A stretch of 64,000 nt of DNA from positions 782-64,781 of the forward strand of contig JBHPDN010000002.1 in the NCBI GenBank assembly GCA_042577865.1, written 5' to 3'. Numbering within the stretch: the stretch's first letter is position 1; each line of letters begins with the position of its first letter. Of the stretch, positions 52,282 to 60,290 are shown piece after piece. The notes beneath the pieces are model-generated. The model saw only the letters and a program-made list of their open reading frames with translations. It did not search any database and was not told the DNA's origin. Origin of the DNA: Nanobdellota archaeon (GTDB lineage Archaea; Nanobdellota; Nanobdellia; Woesearchaeales; JAGLXL01). The translations under genes were made by a program, and so were the position numbers.

Positions 52282-53151
52282 ATGTCAAAAGTTTCTATTA
52301 TCGGAGCAGGGAATGTTGGTGCTACAGCAGCTTTTGTAATTTTGATGAAAAGACTGGCAGATGTGGTGATGGTGGATATTGTTGATTCTGTTTTAGGTAA
52401 AGCCTTGGATATGCAACAGGCAGCGACAATTGAAAAAATAGATAACAAGATTATTGGTACAACTGATTTTTCCGAGATTAAAAATTCTGATATTGTGGTG
52501 GTTACGGCCGGCAAACCAAGAACTCCAGATATTAAAACTCGGGAGGATTTGCTGGAAGTCAATAAAGGTATTATAGACAATGTTTTGACTCAGGTCAAAC
52601 AATACTGCCCAAATGCTATTCTAATCATAGTGACTAACCCGCTTGATCTTTTGGTTAATTATATTATTGGCCAAGGATTTGATTCTCGGAAAGTGATCGG
52701 CCAGTCAGGTACTTTAGACAGCGCCAGATTCAAGACTTTCTTAGGCAAGGGTTCAGAAGGTATGGTGATTGGTTATCATTCTGATGATATGATTCCTGTT
52801 GTGAGTGCTGCTAAAATTAATGGTGTCAGTGTAAGTGAGGTTTTGTCCCAGGAAGAAATAGATCAAATTATTGAAAGAACAAGAAAGGGCGGCAAGGAAA
52901 TCGGCAATCTTTTAGGCACTACAGCTTATTATGCTCCTGGAGCTGCGATTGCACAAATGGTTGATGCTGTTCTTAATGATGCAAATGAAGTTATCCCTTG
53001 CTGCGTCAAAGTTGACGGCCAATATGGGATTGTTAATACTTGTTTGGGTTTGCCTTGTAAATTAGGAAAGGAAGGAGCAGAGATTGTTGAAATTGAATTA
53101 AGTGAAGAAGAAATGAATTCTCTTAAAGCATCTGTAAATAAAAGAAAATAA
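52282..53151 (+). CDS. mdh: malate/L-lactate dehydrogenase family protein (probable MDH)
   Basis: 289 aa with KVSIIGAGNVGATAA (Rossmann fold), VTAGKPR, IVTNPLD and GYHSDDM. Substrate specificity cannot be resolved by eye. Confidence 0.75.
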   Translation: MSKVSIIGAGNVGATAAFVILMKRLADVVMVDIVDSVLGKALDMQQAATIEKIDNKIIGTTDFSEIKNSDIVVVTAGKPRTPDIKTREDLLEVNKGIIDNVLTQVKQYCPNAILIIVTNPLDLLVNYIIGQGFDSRKVIGQSGTLDSARFKTFLGKGSEGMVIGYHSDDMIPVVSAAKINGVSVSEVLSQEEIDQIIERTRKGGKEIGNLLGTTAYYAPGAAIAQMVDAVLNDANEVIPCCVKVDGQYGIVNTCLGLPCKLGKEGAEIVEIELSEEEMNSLKASVNKRK

Positions 53152-53162
53152 AAAAAGAAAAT

Positions 53163-53510
53163 TTAAAATTTAAACCATTTCTCGCCGTACTTACCAATAA
53201 CAGGCAGAGGTTGTTTTTTACCGGTGAAACCATTAACCATACCAATAATCCAGAGGATAAAGAAGAATATTCCTCCTGCGATTAATATGATTATACCTAC
53301 TAAGATAAACGAGGTAACAATACCAATAATGGTAACAACAGTACTGAAAATCCAAAGAGTTAGCAGTTGTTTAAATTGATAATCAATAAATTTGTTGTCT
53401 TTTTTGATGGCCCAAATTATAATACTAACAATTATACCAAGAAGACCAAAAATAGTCACCAAATACATCAATCCAGCTAAGCCCTTACCTTCATCAACAT
53501 CTTTAGCCAT
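53163..53510 (-). CDS. small membrane protein (DUF4870-like, 3-4 TM)
   Basis: 115 aa, hydrophobic, with IWAIKKDNKFIDYQFKQLL, a pattern reminiscent of DUF4870. Confidence 0.5.
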   Translation of the reverse strand: MAKDVDEGKGLAGLMYLVTIFGLLGIIVSIIIWAIKKDNKFIDYQFKQLLTLWIFSTVVTIIGIVTSFILVGIIILIAGGIFFFILWIIGMVNGFTGKKQPLPVIGKYGEKWFKF

Positions 53511-53586
53511 TTAATACACCCCCTAATTTTTATGACCTTAAGTAAAGATAAAAGATTTATAAAGATTGTGTTTCATGAATATTAAT

Positions 53587-54246
53587 ATGAAATTCAAAGA
53601 TTTGAGGGAGAGAGTGCCGGAGAAATTGTTTGGAATCTTATCTGAAGAAATTGGAGATTTAAGACCCTGCCAAATCAAAGCAATTGATGATGGATTATTA
53701 GTGGGTGAGAATTTATTGGTATGCACACCAACTGCTTCAGGTAAAACATTGATTGCTGAGATTGCCTTGATAAAAAATATTTTAGAAGGCAAGGGAAAGG
53801 GTGTTTATATTGTGCCTTTAAAAGCCTTGGCTCGCGAGAAATACAAAGATTTCAAGACAAGATATGGTAGTTTATGCAAGGTAGCCTTGTCAATGGGAGA
53901 TATGGATAAAGGTGATGGTTATCTAAGTGATTTTGATTTAATTATTACTACTTCTGAAAAATTGGATTCTTTAATCAGGCATCGGGCACCGTGGCTGAAT
54001 AAAATTGGAACAATTGTAGTGGATGAAGTTCATCTGCTTAATGACGCAGGCAGAGGTCCAACTTTAGAGATTTTACTGACTATTTTGAAAAGTATTCTGA
54101 AAGCGCAGATAATTGCTTTGTCAGCAACAATTGGTAATCCAGAAGAACTAGCTAAATGGCTAGAAGCAAAATTAGTGATTGATGACTGGCGGCCAGTAGA
54201 ATTGAAAAAAGGGATTTATCTTGATGGTAAAGTAGAATTTTATTGA
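53587..54246 (+). CDS. Ski2/Hel308-like helicase, RecA1 domain only (truncated or split gene)
   Basis: Contains RPCQIKAI (Q-like), TPTASGKTLIAEIAL (motif I), VDEVHLL (II) and ALSATIGN (III). It stops after DDWRPVELKKGIYLDGKVEFY. Motifs IV-VI and the winged-helix/ratchet domains are absent, and no continuation exists in any + frame. Confidence 0.65.
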   Translation: MKFKDLRERVPEKLFGILSEEIGDLRPCQIKAIDDGLLVGENLLVCTPTASGKTLIAEIALIKNILEGKGKGVYIVPLKALAREKYKDFKTRYGSLCKVALSMGDMDKGDGYLSDFDLIITTSEKLDSLIRHRAPWLNKIGTIVVDEVHLLNDAGRGPTLEILLTILKSILKAQIIALSATIGNPEELAKWLEAKLVIDDWRPVELKKGIYLDGKVEFY

Positions 54247-54614
54247 TCAACTAATTCCTGCAATCTCTGAAGCATATCAAGCTTCAAAAACAGTTGTCCT
54301 TTTTTAGATAATTTGGCCAGATCTTCTCTAGTCAGTTCCCCCATTGGTTTTGGCAACTCAACATGACCCCACAAAGTGCCATCTGTGGAATATACTTTGT
54401 CTTCTCCTGGAAAATAACTCATTATCTTAGCCGCACCATGGCTTCCCAGAGATTCAAATCCAGCAAGGTCAACTAAATACAAGGGCATTCCGTCTTCAAT
54501 ATTTTTACCTTCAAGAGATCTATAATGTAGAAATCTAAGGTCGCTTAGAATCCTTTCTTCTATCGCAGGAGAAGGTTGATGACTTTCATCCAACAAGTGG
54601 TAATCTAATCTCAT
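54240..54614 (-). CDS. hypothetical protein (124 aa)
   Basis: Intact ORF convergent with the helicase fragment (7-nt overlap). No motif recognised. Confidence 0.4.
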   Translation of the reverse strand: MRLDYHLLDESHQPSPAIEERILSDLRFLHYRSLEGKNIEDGMPLYLVDLAGFESLGSHGAAKIMSYFPGEDKVYSTDGTLWGHVELPKPMGELTREDLAKLSKKGQLFLKLDMLQRLQELVDQ

Positions 54615-54667
54615 AATTTAATCAAAAACTAGCCCATATTTAAATTTTTTACCTAATATAAAAAGAA

Positions 54668-55396
54668 TTACTTGATTTTTTCAAAGGCTCTTCCCAGAAA
54701 AGTTAATGAAATGATGAGAACTATAAATTGAGTGTAGCCGATGATAAGGAAAGCTCCGCCAACAGTGTAGCCTAGCAGGGCTGCGATAAACCCTCCGATG
54801 TAGCCGATGATAAGAGAAAAAACAACTGCAAGCAGCCAAGCCAAAAACCATTGTTTAGTAAATGCTTTTTTGAAGACACGGCGCAAGTGAAAAGCGTCAT
54901 TGAATCTTTCTTTTTTACCATACATAAAAATAGCAACTGGAGTAATGTAGGCTGTGATAATAATGATGAAGAAAGATACCAAAACACCGATACTGGCGCT
55001 GGCTACGGCAGTAGTGATGTCACCAGTGTTTAAAGAAGTGACAAAGGCGACTGTGCCAAAGACAAGCATGATGATGAATAATGGAATGAAATAGATTAAG
55101 GCTATAATCATCATTAAGAATCCCTTGATAAAAAGTTTTTTCCAGTTGGTCCAACGCGGCAGGGTTTTTTTGTTTTGTGCCAAAGCAGCGTTTAAGGAAT
55201 AACCATAAGCAAACAGTTTAGCAATGAGGCCAAGGAAAAATACTGTAAAACCAATGATAGTGACAAGAAGAGGGATGTCAAAAAAAGTAGCAGCGATGCC
55301 CAACAAAGGAATAGTAAATAAGAGAGCTCCAATGGTCAGGTTTTTGAAACTAGTGAAAGGCCGTTTGATGGTGTCCCAGAATTCAGCCATTGCCAA
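54668..55396 (-). CDS. multi-pass membrane protein (DUF4013-like)
   Basis: 242 aa with about 6 TM. The N-terminal FWDTIKRPFTSFKNLTIGALLF pattern resembles DUF4013. Confidence 0.55.
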   Translation of the reverse strand: MAMAEFWDTIKRPFTSFKNLTIGALLFTIPLLGIAATFFDIPLLVTIIGFTVFFLGLIAKLFAYGYSLNAALAQNKKTLPRWTNWKKLFIKGFLMMIIALIYFIPLFIIMLVFGTVAFVTSLNTGDITTAVASASIGVLVSFFIIIITAYITPVAIFMYGKKERFNDAFHLRRVFKKAFTKQWFLAWLLAVVFSLIIGYIGGFIAALLGYTVGGAFLIIGYTQFIVLIISLTFLGRAFEKIK

Positions 55397-55637
55397 TCAC
55401 CTCTGGTTCTGGGCACATGATTTGAACATCTTCAAAACATTCCAAATCATTAAAGCAGCATTCTTCTAAGCAGGGGGTGTCGCAGTCATCACATTCATTC
55501 CAGCAGTTTTCAAAATGAGTGGTGCCAGGCAGAAGAAAAGAAGCGCCGACAATCTTATTATTGAAGTAAAAAAGTGAAAAGAAGAAAATAATAACTAGCA
55601 ACTCAGCAGCAATGATAATCACGTCTTTTTTGTTCAT
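55383..55637 (-). CDS. small membrane-anchored Cys-rich acidic protein (84 aa)
   Basis: An N-terminal TM (VIIIAAELLVIIFFFSLFYF) is followed by ENCWNECDDCDTPCLEECCFNDLECFEDVQIMCPE, with 9 Cys in 35 aa. The gene overlaps the downstream membrane-protein gene by 14 nt. Confidence 0.5.
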   Translation of the reverse strand: MNKKDVIIIAAELLVIIFFFSLFYFNNKIVGASFLLPGTTHFENCWNECDDCDTPCLEECCFNDLECFEDVQIMCPEPEVIGNG

Positions 55638-55638
55638 C

Positions 55639-56853
55639 TTATAAGCCCAAGTTTTCCAGAACCATGGTTGAATTAAATTCAGTCAAATCATCATAGTTTT
55701 GGCCTGTGCCTATAAAGAGAATTGGTTTTTTAGTTATAAAACTTACGGAAATGGCAGCTCCACCCTTTTCATCAACATCAGCTTTAGTCAAAACAATGCC
55801 ATCAAGACCAATGTGTTCATTGAATTTGCTGGCCTGTTCCACACAGTCATTTCCGGTGATGGATTCGCCGACAAAAATTTTCATGTCTGGATTGACAACC
55901 CTGACTATCTTTTTGAGTTCGTCCATAAGATTGACGTCTGAATGTAGTCTGCCGGCGGTGTCGATGAGAACAACGTCAATGCCTTGTTTTTCTGCATATT
56001 TGAGTGCATCAAAAGCAACAGCGGCAGCATCAGCCCCGTAATCGTGTTTAATTATTTTAAGATCTAATTTGTTAGCATGTTCTTCTAGTTGGTGAATAGC
56101 AGCGGCTCGGAAAGTATCTGAAGCTGCTAAAACAGAAGTAAGGTTCTGTTTTTTGAGTAAGTGTGCAATTTTAGCAATAGAAGTGGTTTTGCCTGAGCCA
56201 TTGACACCGAAAAAGGCAATGACAAATGGTTTTTTTGTTTTTATTTTATTGATGAAATCAATTTCTTCTACATCAAGAACTTCCCTGAGACTTTTTTGCA
56301 GGGTTTCTTCAATCTTTTTCCCAACATTTCTTGGTAAGGGTTTGTCAACCAGTTCTTCTTTTAAATCTGACTTTATTTTTTCAATCACTTCAACAGAAAC
56401 ATTGTTTTCTAGTAAAGCTAATTCTAAATCCCAGAAAAGCGTGTCAAATTTATCAGCTGAAATCTTTTTAGTTGAGATAATTTCTTTGGCTTTTCTGAAG
56501 AAACCGCGTTTTTCTTTGACTTCTGGTTCTGGAGCTGGTTCTGGTTGTTCTTCTACTTTTAGTTCTTCTTCAGGAATAAGTTCCTCTTTAACTTCTTCTT
56601 GAGGTTCTTCAACAGGAGCTTCTTCAACCGGTTCAGGAGTTGGCTCTTCTTTGACTTCCTCCCTTACTTCTTCCTTAGGTGGCTCAGGAGTTTCTTTGAT
56701 TTCTTCTTTTGGCTCTTCAACAACTTCTGGTTCTTCTTCGACAGGTTCTTCTAACCTTTCTTCTTCTACTGGTTCCTCTGCAATTTCTTCTTCAGCTTTT
56801 TTTGAAAAGACAGAAAGGGTTTTCTTGAGCCTATCTTTGAGTTTGCCAAACAT
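55639..56853 (-). CDS. ftsY: signal recognition particle receptor FtsY with an acidic E/P/V-rich N-terminal region
   Basis: 404 aa with GVNGSGKTTSIAKIA (G1), DTAGR and TKADVD in the NG domain. The N-terminal roughly 110 aa are EEPVEEE-type low complexity. Confidence 0.88.
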   Translation of the reverse strand: MFGKLKDRLKKTLSVFSKKAEEEIAEEPVEEERLEEPVEEEPEVVEEPKEEIKETPEPPKEEVREEVKEEPTPEPVEEAPVEEPQEEVKEELIPEEELKVEEQPEPAPEPEVKEKRGFFRKAKEIISTKKISADKFDTLFWDLELALLENNVSVEVIEKIKSDLKEELVDKPLPRNVGKKIEETLQKSLREVLDVEEIDFINKIKTKKPFVIAFFGVNGSGKTTSIAKIAHLLKKQNLTSVLAASDTFRAAAIHQLEEHANKLDLKIIKHDYGADAAAVAFDALKYAEKQGIDVVLIDTAGRLHSDVNLMDELKKIVRVVNPDMKIFVGESITGNDCVEQASKFNEHIGLDGIVLTKADVDEKGGAAISVSFITKKPILFIGTGQNYDDLTEFNSTMVLENLGL

Positions 56854-56857
56854 TTTC

Positions 56858-57274
56858 TTAAGAAAGTTCTTGGATTTCCTTGAACAAGGAGTTTATTTGT
56901 TGGTTGATTTTTTGAATGTCCTGATTGATTTTCATCTGTGCTTCTTCAATCTCACTAGTTTGTTTTTGAATCATAGCCACAACTTCAGAAACTGTTTTTT
57001 TGACTAAAATATTAGCTCCGACATTGACAATGAGGCCTTTGTTTTCAGTCAGCTTGCCTTCAGCAAAGATGCCGGAAGCAAGTGGAAAAAGGGTGTCTGA
57101 ATTAGGAGAAGTCTTTTCAAAACTTGTCAAAGATTCCTGAGTCTCTTTAAATTCAAGATTTTTCTGTTCAATTTCTTCTGTATACTTGGAAAGATGTTCA
57201 ACCTGCTGCTGCAGCATCTGAAATTGCATGTACTTCTCTTGAAGTTCTTTTTCTTTTTCTTGAGTTTCTTTCAT
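56858..57274 (-). CDS. pfdA: prefoldin alpha subunit
   Basis: 138 aa with coiled-coil ends flanking FPLASGIFAEGKLTENKGLIVNVGANILVKKT. It sits in the conserved pfdA-ftsY pair. Confidence 0.75.
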   Translation of the reverse strand: MKETQEKEKELQEKYMQFQMLQQQVEHLSKYTEEIEQKNLEFKETQESLTSFEKTSPNSDTLFPLASGIFAEGKLTENKGLIVNVGANILVKKTVSEVVAMIQKQTSEIEEAQMKINQDIQKINQQINSLFKEIQELS

Positions 57275-57275
57275 T

Positions 57276-57485
57276 TTATAATTTTTTGTCCAGTTTTAAC
57301 AAAAACTGGTGGTAGCGTTCTTGGGTGGCCAGAAAAGGAATATCCTTATCTTTGAGCAATAAACTGCTTAAAGGAGGCGAATTAACTTCAATCATTTTGA
57401 ATTTCTTTTCCTGAGTTTCAATCTGATGAAGTTCTTTCTTAACCAGTATTTTCAGGGCCAAACGCTCGGATTTTGTAAAAGCCAT
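57276..57485 (-). CDS. hypothetical small helical protein (69 aa)
   Basis: The ATG is preceded by AAGGTGAT. The stop lies 1 nt before the pfdA start. No motif recognised. Confidence 0.4.
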   Translation of the reverse strand: MAFTKSERLALKILVKKELHQIETQEKKFKMIEVNSPPLSSLLLKDKDIPFLATQERYHQFLLKLDKKL

Positions 57486-57559
57486 AGAGATCACCTTTTT
57501 AAGAGAAAAATCGGTTAATCATATATAAATTTATTTATAAAAAAGAAAAAAGAAAAAAA

Positions 57560-57814
57560 TTACATTGGTGGCATGCCTGGTCGCGGCGGAGCCATTCCTG
57601 GTGGTGGCATTCCCTGTGGGGGCATACCAGCTGGTTTAGACGGGGCATGAGCATGACTTTCGCCAGTCAAATGTTGGACACCTATAAAAATAAAGGTCAG
57701 AACAAGCAAAGCCAAGGCAATAGTTGTTGAACTAAAACCTGCATCAATAACAGCTATAACAAAAGCAATTAAAGGCAGAACTATTTGCACAGCACCGACA
57801 ATTTTTGGATTCAT
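57560..57814 (-). CDS. small membrane protein with a Pro/Gly/Met-rich tail
   Basis: 84 aa with two TM helices followed by PSKPAGMPPQGMPPPGMAPPRPGMPPM. Confidence 0.45.
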   Translation of the reverse strand: MNPKIVGAVQIVLPLIAFVIAVIDAGFSSTTIALALLVLTFIFIGVQHLTGESHAHAPSKPAGMPPQGMPPPGMAPPRPGMPPM

Positions 57815-57828
57815 CTTTTCACCTCCTT

Positions 57829-58503
57829 TTATGATTTTAAAAAACCCAAAACTTCATCTAAATGAACAGCTTCTGGACCTCCAGTACGCTGGCCAAAGAT
57901 AAAGCCGTGATTATTAACAACAAGACCGGCCCCTATATAAGGATTACCTAAATTAACAGTGGCCTTATGGGCTTTGATTTTGAAAAAGTGTTCTATCTGA
58001 CTGGTTTCCTTGTCAGAAGCGAGATTGGAAACAGCAACGCCTTTTTTAGTTAAGGCAATGAGAGAGCCAATTGTTTGAATTTCTCCAAGAGAAAATGTTT
58101 TTATCTGTTTGACCTTAAGTGCTTTTTTAATTTCTGACTGATAGTCGGCCAAATCTGGCGAAATTAGAGCAGCGTTGTTGTTGGCAATAATATTGTTGCC
58201 TAAAGCAGTATGGTCTGTGGTAATGATATGATAATTAATTTTGTTTTTTTCTAAGTTTTTTAATTCGGCATCTAAAGTAATTTGAGGCAGAAGCAGACAG
58301 TGGTCATTACCAGAAGCAAAAACACCATTAAGATTAGTACCGCAGAGATTGGTTTTGATTAAAGGCACCTTGAGCACTTCGTGAATAGGCTTTTCTAATT
58401 TTTTTGGGATGATAGAGCTAAGAAGGCAAAATTTATTGTTAGTATAAAGATAAAGCCCGACATTAGAACTTTGATGGAATGAGGTTTTTAGTAAGTGGGG
58501 CAT
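57829..58503 (-). CDS. eif6: translation initiation factor aIF-6
   Basis: 224 aa with a pentein-like repeat pattern (NVGLYLYTN..., GTNLNGVFASGND, ALGNNIIANNNAALISP, TIGSLIALTKKGVAV, YIGAGLVVNNHGFIFG). Confidence 0.8.
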   Translation of the reverse strand: MPHLLKTSFHQSSNVGLYLYTNNKFCLLSSIIPKKLEKPIHEVLKVPLIKTNLCGTNLNGVFASGNDHCLLLPQITLDAELKNLEKNKINYHIITTDHTALGNNIIANNNAALISPDLADYQSEIKKALKVKQIKTFSLGEIQTIGSLIALTKKGVAVSNLASDKETSQIEHFFKIKAHKATVNLGNPYIGAGLVVNNHGFIFGQRTGGPEAVHLDEVLGFLKS

Positions 58504-58504
58504 T

Positions 58505-59269
58505 TTATTCTATTTCTTGTTCAACTTTTTTTCTGGCTTTGTATAATTCCACTTCAATCTCACCAAAATGTTGTTTTTGCCATAAATCTATTTTTCTTTG
58601 GTTATCTAAGTGGAGTAGAGGGATAAAAGTGTAAACTTTGTCTTCTTTGGAATCTGAAGGAAGCAGCTGGCTAAAAGTTAATCGTTGATTTTTGTTTTTG
58701 AAGAAAAAAGTTTTGATAGTGGTGTAAACATCACGGATGATTTGGGAAATGTCAACTTTTTTCTTTGGAATTTCCATAAGTTCTTCTGGATAGCCGCGAA
58801 TAACTTTTCTTTTTTTAACTTCCATGGCTTTTTGCAAGGCATCGGCCAAGTCATAGATGGAAATTTTTCTCTGCCTTGGCTGAGGTGTTCTGGGAATTAA
58901 TTGCGGCTCTTCCTGATCAAGTTTGCTGTGGGCATTGAAAAGGTCGTCGCTGAACTCTGAAAAAAATGATTCTTCTGAATCTGCTTCACTGGTTCTGGCA
59001 AAGAGACGGTCCAGCTCATCGATGTCGTGGCCCAGGAGACGGATAGATTTGAGTTTCAATAAGTAGGCGGCTGCTAACAAGACTTTGCCCGAGATTCTAA
59101 GATCTAACTGCTTCATTTTTTTGATAATGTCCAAATATTTGTTGGTAAGGAAAGAGATATCAACATCCCAAGGATTAATCTGTTCTGTTTTAACTAAATC
59201 AAAAAGAATGGTTTTCCAACTGACATCATCCTCTTCAAGAATTAAATTCATAATTTGGTCTTGTTTCAT
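58505..59269 (-). CDS. scpA: segregation and condensation protein A (kleisin ScpA)
   Basis: 254 aa with INPWDVDISFLTNKYLDIIKKMKQLDLRISGKVLLAAAYLLKLKS, typical of the ScpA N-terminus. Confidence 0.75.
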   Translation of the reverse strand: MKQDQIMNLILEEDDVSWKTILFDLVKTEQINPWDVDISFLTNKYLDIIKKMKQLDLRISGKVLLAAAYLLKLKSIRLLGHDIDELDRLFARTSEADSEESFFSEFSDDLFNAHSKLDQEEPQLIPRTPQPRQRKISIYDLADALQKAMEVKKRKVIRGYPEELMEIPKKKVDISQIIRDVYTTIKTFFFKNKNQRLTFSQLLPSDSKEDKVYTFIPLLHLDNQRKIDLWQKQHFGEIEVELYKARKKVEQEIE

Positions 59270-59392
59270 TCTCTTTTTTGTTTTAAGAAAGGGTTTTGAT
59301 TTTTAAAACCTACGGTTTTTAAACTTTCAAAACAAGTTTTGAAATTTATAAATTTAATTAAATTTAAATAAAATGATAAAATTCTTTGGAGT

Positions 59393-60010
59393 ATGGGTGA
59401 TTGGGAATCTATTTTTAAAAAAGAGGGAAAGTTCTTTCTTAAGCCACAAGAAGATATGTCTCGGATAGTAAAACTTCTAAAAAAACACAAAGTTAAGAAA
59501 GTTCTTGATTTGGGTTGTGGTTCTGGCAGACATGTTGTTTATCTTGCTCAGCACGGTTTTGATGTCTATGGGACAGATGTTTCTGAAACTGGTTTGAAAA
59601 TTACTAGGAAATGGTTAAAAGAAAAAGGATTAAAAGCTGTCTTGAAGAAAGCCTCTTGTTACAAAAAGTTTCCATTTAAAGATAATTTCTTTGATGCTGT
59701 AATTTCAACACAAGTAATCCATCATAATTTCCATAAAAAAATTAAATTTTGTATTTCTGAGATTGAAAGAGTATTAAAACCCAGAGGGGTTGTTTTTGTT
59801 ACAGTAACTAAGTCTGGCTATAAGAAGTGGGCTTGTAAATTTAGGGAAGCAAAACCTAGAACTTTTATCCCTCTTGATGGTCCAGAAAAGGGTCTGCCGC
59901 ATTTTATTTATACTCAAAAAATAATGAAAAAGGATTTCAAAGGTTTTAAGTCGATTAAGATGTGGGTTGATTCTAGAGGTCACAATTGTTTATTAGGTTC
60001 AAAAAACTAA
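59393..60010 (+). CDS. class I SAM-dependent methyltransferase
   Basis: 205 aa with VLDLGCGSGRH (motif I), and DAVISTQVIHH and LKPRGV after motif II. Confidence 0.75.
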   Translation: MGDWESIFKKEGKFFLKPQEDMSRIVKLLKKHKVKKVLDLGCGSGRHVVYLAQHGFDVYGTDVSETGLKITRKWLKEKGLKAVLKKASCYKKFPFKDNFFDAVISTQVIHHNFHKKIKFCISEIERVLKPRGVVFVTVTKSGYKKWACKFREAKPRTFIPLDGPEKGLPHFIYTQKIMKKDFKGFKSIKMWVDSRGHNCLLGSKN

Positions 60011-60012
60011 AA

Positions 60013-60022
60013 TTTTATAAAG
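60013..60022 (+). promoter_or_regulatory. TATA box for the tRNA-Val/Gly(/Ile) unit
   Basis: TTTTATAAAG is centred about 30 nt upstream of the tRNA-Val 5' end (60048). Confidence 0.45.
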
Positions 60023-60047
60023 TCAATATTTTTCTACTCATTAAATC

Positions 60048-60148
60048 GGGCCCATGGTTTAGTGGCTATAACATCGCCCTTACACACGAGGAACTTGATT
60101 CCTAGTGAAGACAGGCGAGGGTCGCCGGTTCAAATCCGGCTGGGCCCA
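60048..60148 (+). tRNA. tRNA-Val (TAC) with a 28-nt anticodon-loop intron
   Basis: GGGCCCA-TG-GTTT..TAAC-A-TCGCC-CTTACA[+28 nt]-GGCGA-GGGTC-GCCGG-TTCAAAT-CCGGC-TGGGCCC-A. Confidence 0.8.
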
Positions 60149-60151
60149 TAT

Positions 60152-60224
60152 GCGGTGGTAGTATAGTGGCCTAGTATACGGCGTTGCCAACGCTGTGACC
60201 CGGGTTCAAATCCCGGCCGCCGCA
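60152..60224 (+). tRNA. tRNA-Gly (GCC), intron-less
   Basis: GCGGTGG-TA-GTAT-AGTGGCCTA-GTAT-A-CGGCG-TTGCCAA-CGCTG-TGAC-CCGGG-TTCAAAT-CCCGG-CCGCCGC-A. It starts 3 nt after tRNA-Val. Confidence 0.88.
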
Positions 60225-60232
60225 TTTTTTTT
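60225..60232 (+). terminator. oligo-T tract after tRNA-Gly
   Basis: A T8 run lies immediately after the discriminator base. It may terminate or attenuate the Val-Gly transcript. Confidence 0.4.
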
Positions 60233-60236
60233 GATT

Positions 60237-60290
60237 GGGCCCTGCGTGCCCATTAGCTTCCCGCAGGTGTCCTTGGAAGAAGAAGCTAAC
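60237..60290 (+). other. GC-rich 54-nt element upstream of tRNA-Ile, partly derived from the tRNA 5' end
   Basis: GGGCCCTGCGTGCCCATTAGCTTCCCGCAGGTGTCCTTGGAAGAAGAAGCTAAC. It shares GGGCCC and TAGCTT with the tRNA 5' end (GGGCCCGTAGCTTAG). CCTGCG pairs with CGCAGG and TTAGCTTC pairs with GAAGCTAA. Confidence 0.35.

Noticed and set aside
56153-57007. Ser-rich plus-strand ORFs (149 and 118 aa)
   Set aside because: They are antisense to the ftsY acidic N-terminal region and to pfdA. Their poly-Ser/Thr content is the complement of poly-Glu coding. The ftsY and pfdA motifs are unambiguous.
57276-57485. Calling the 69-aa ORF ribosomal protein LX (L18Ae) on the basis of its position
   Set aside because: I can see no sequence resemblance to LX family proteins. 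Synteny alone is insufficient, so I kept it as hypothetical.
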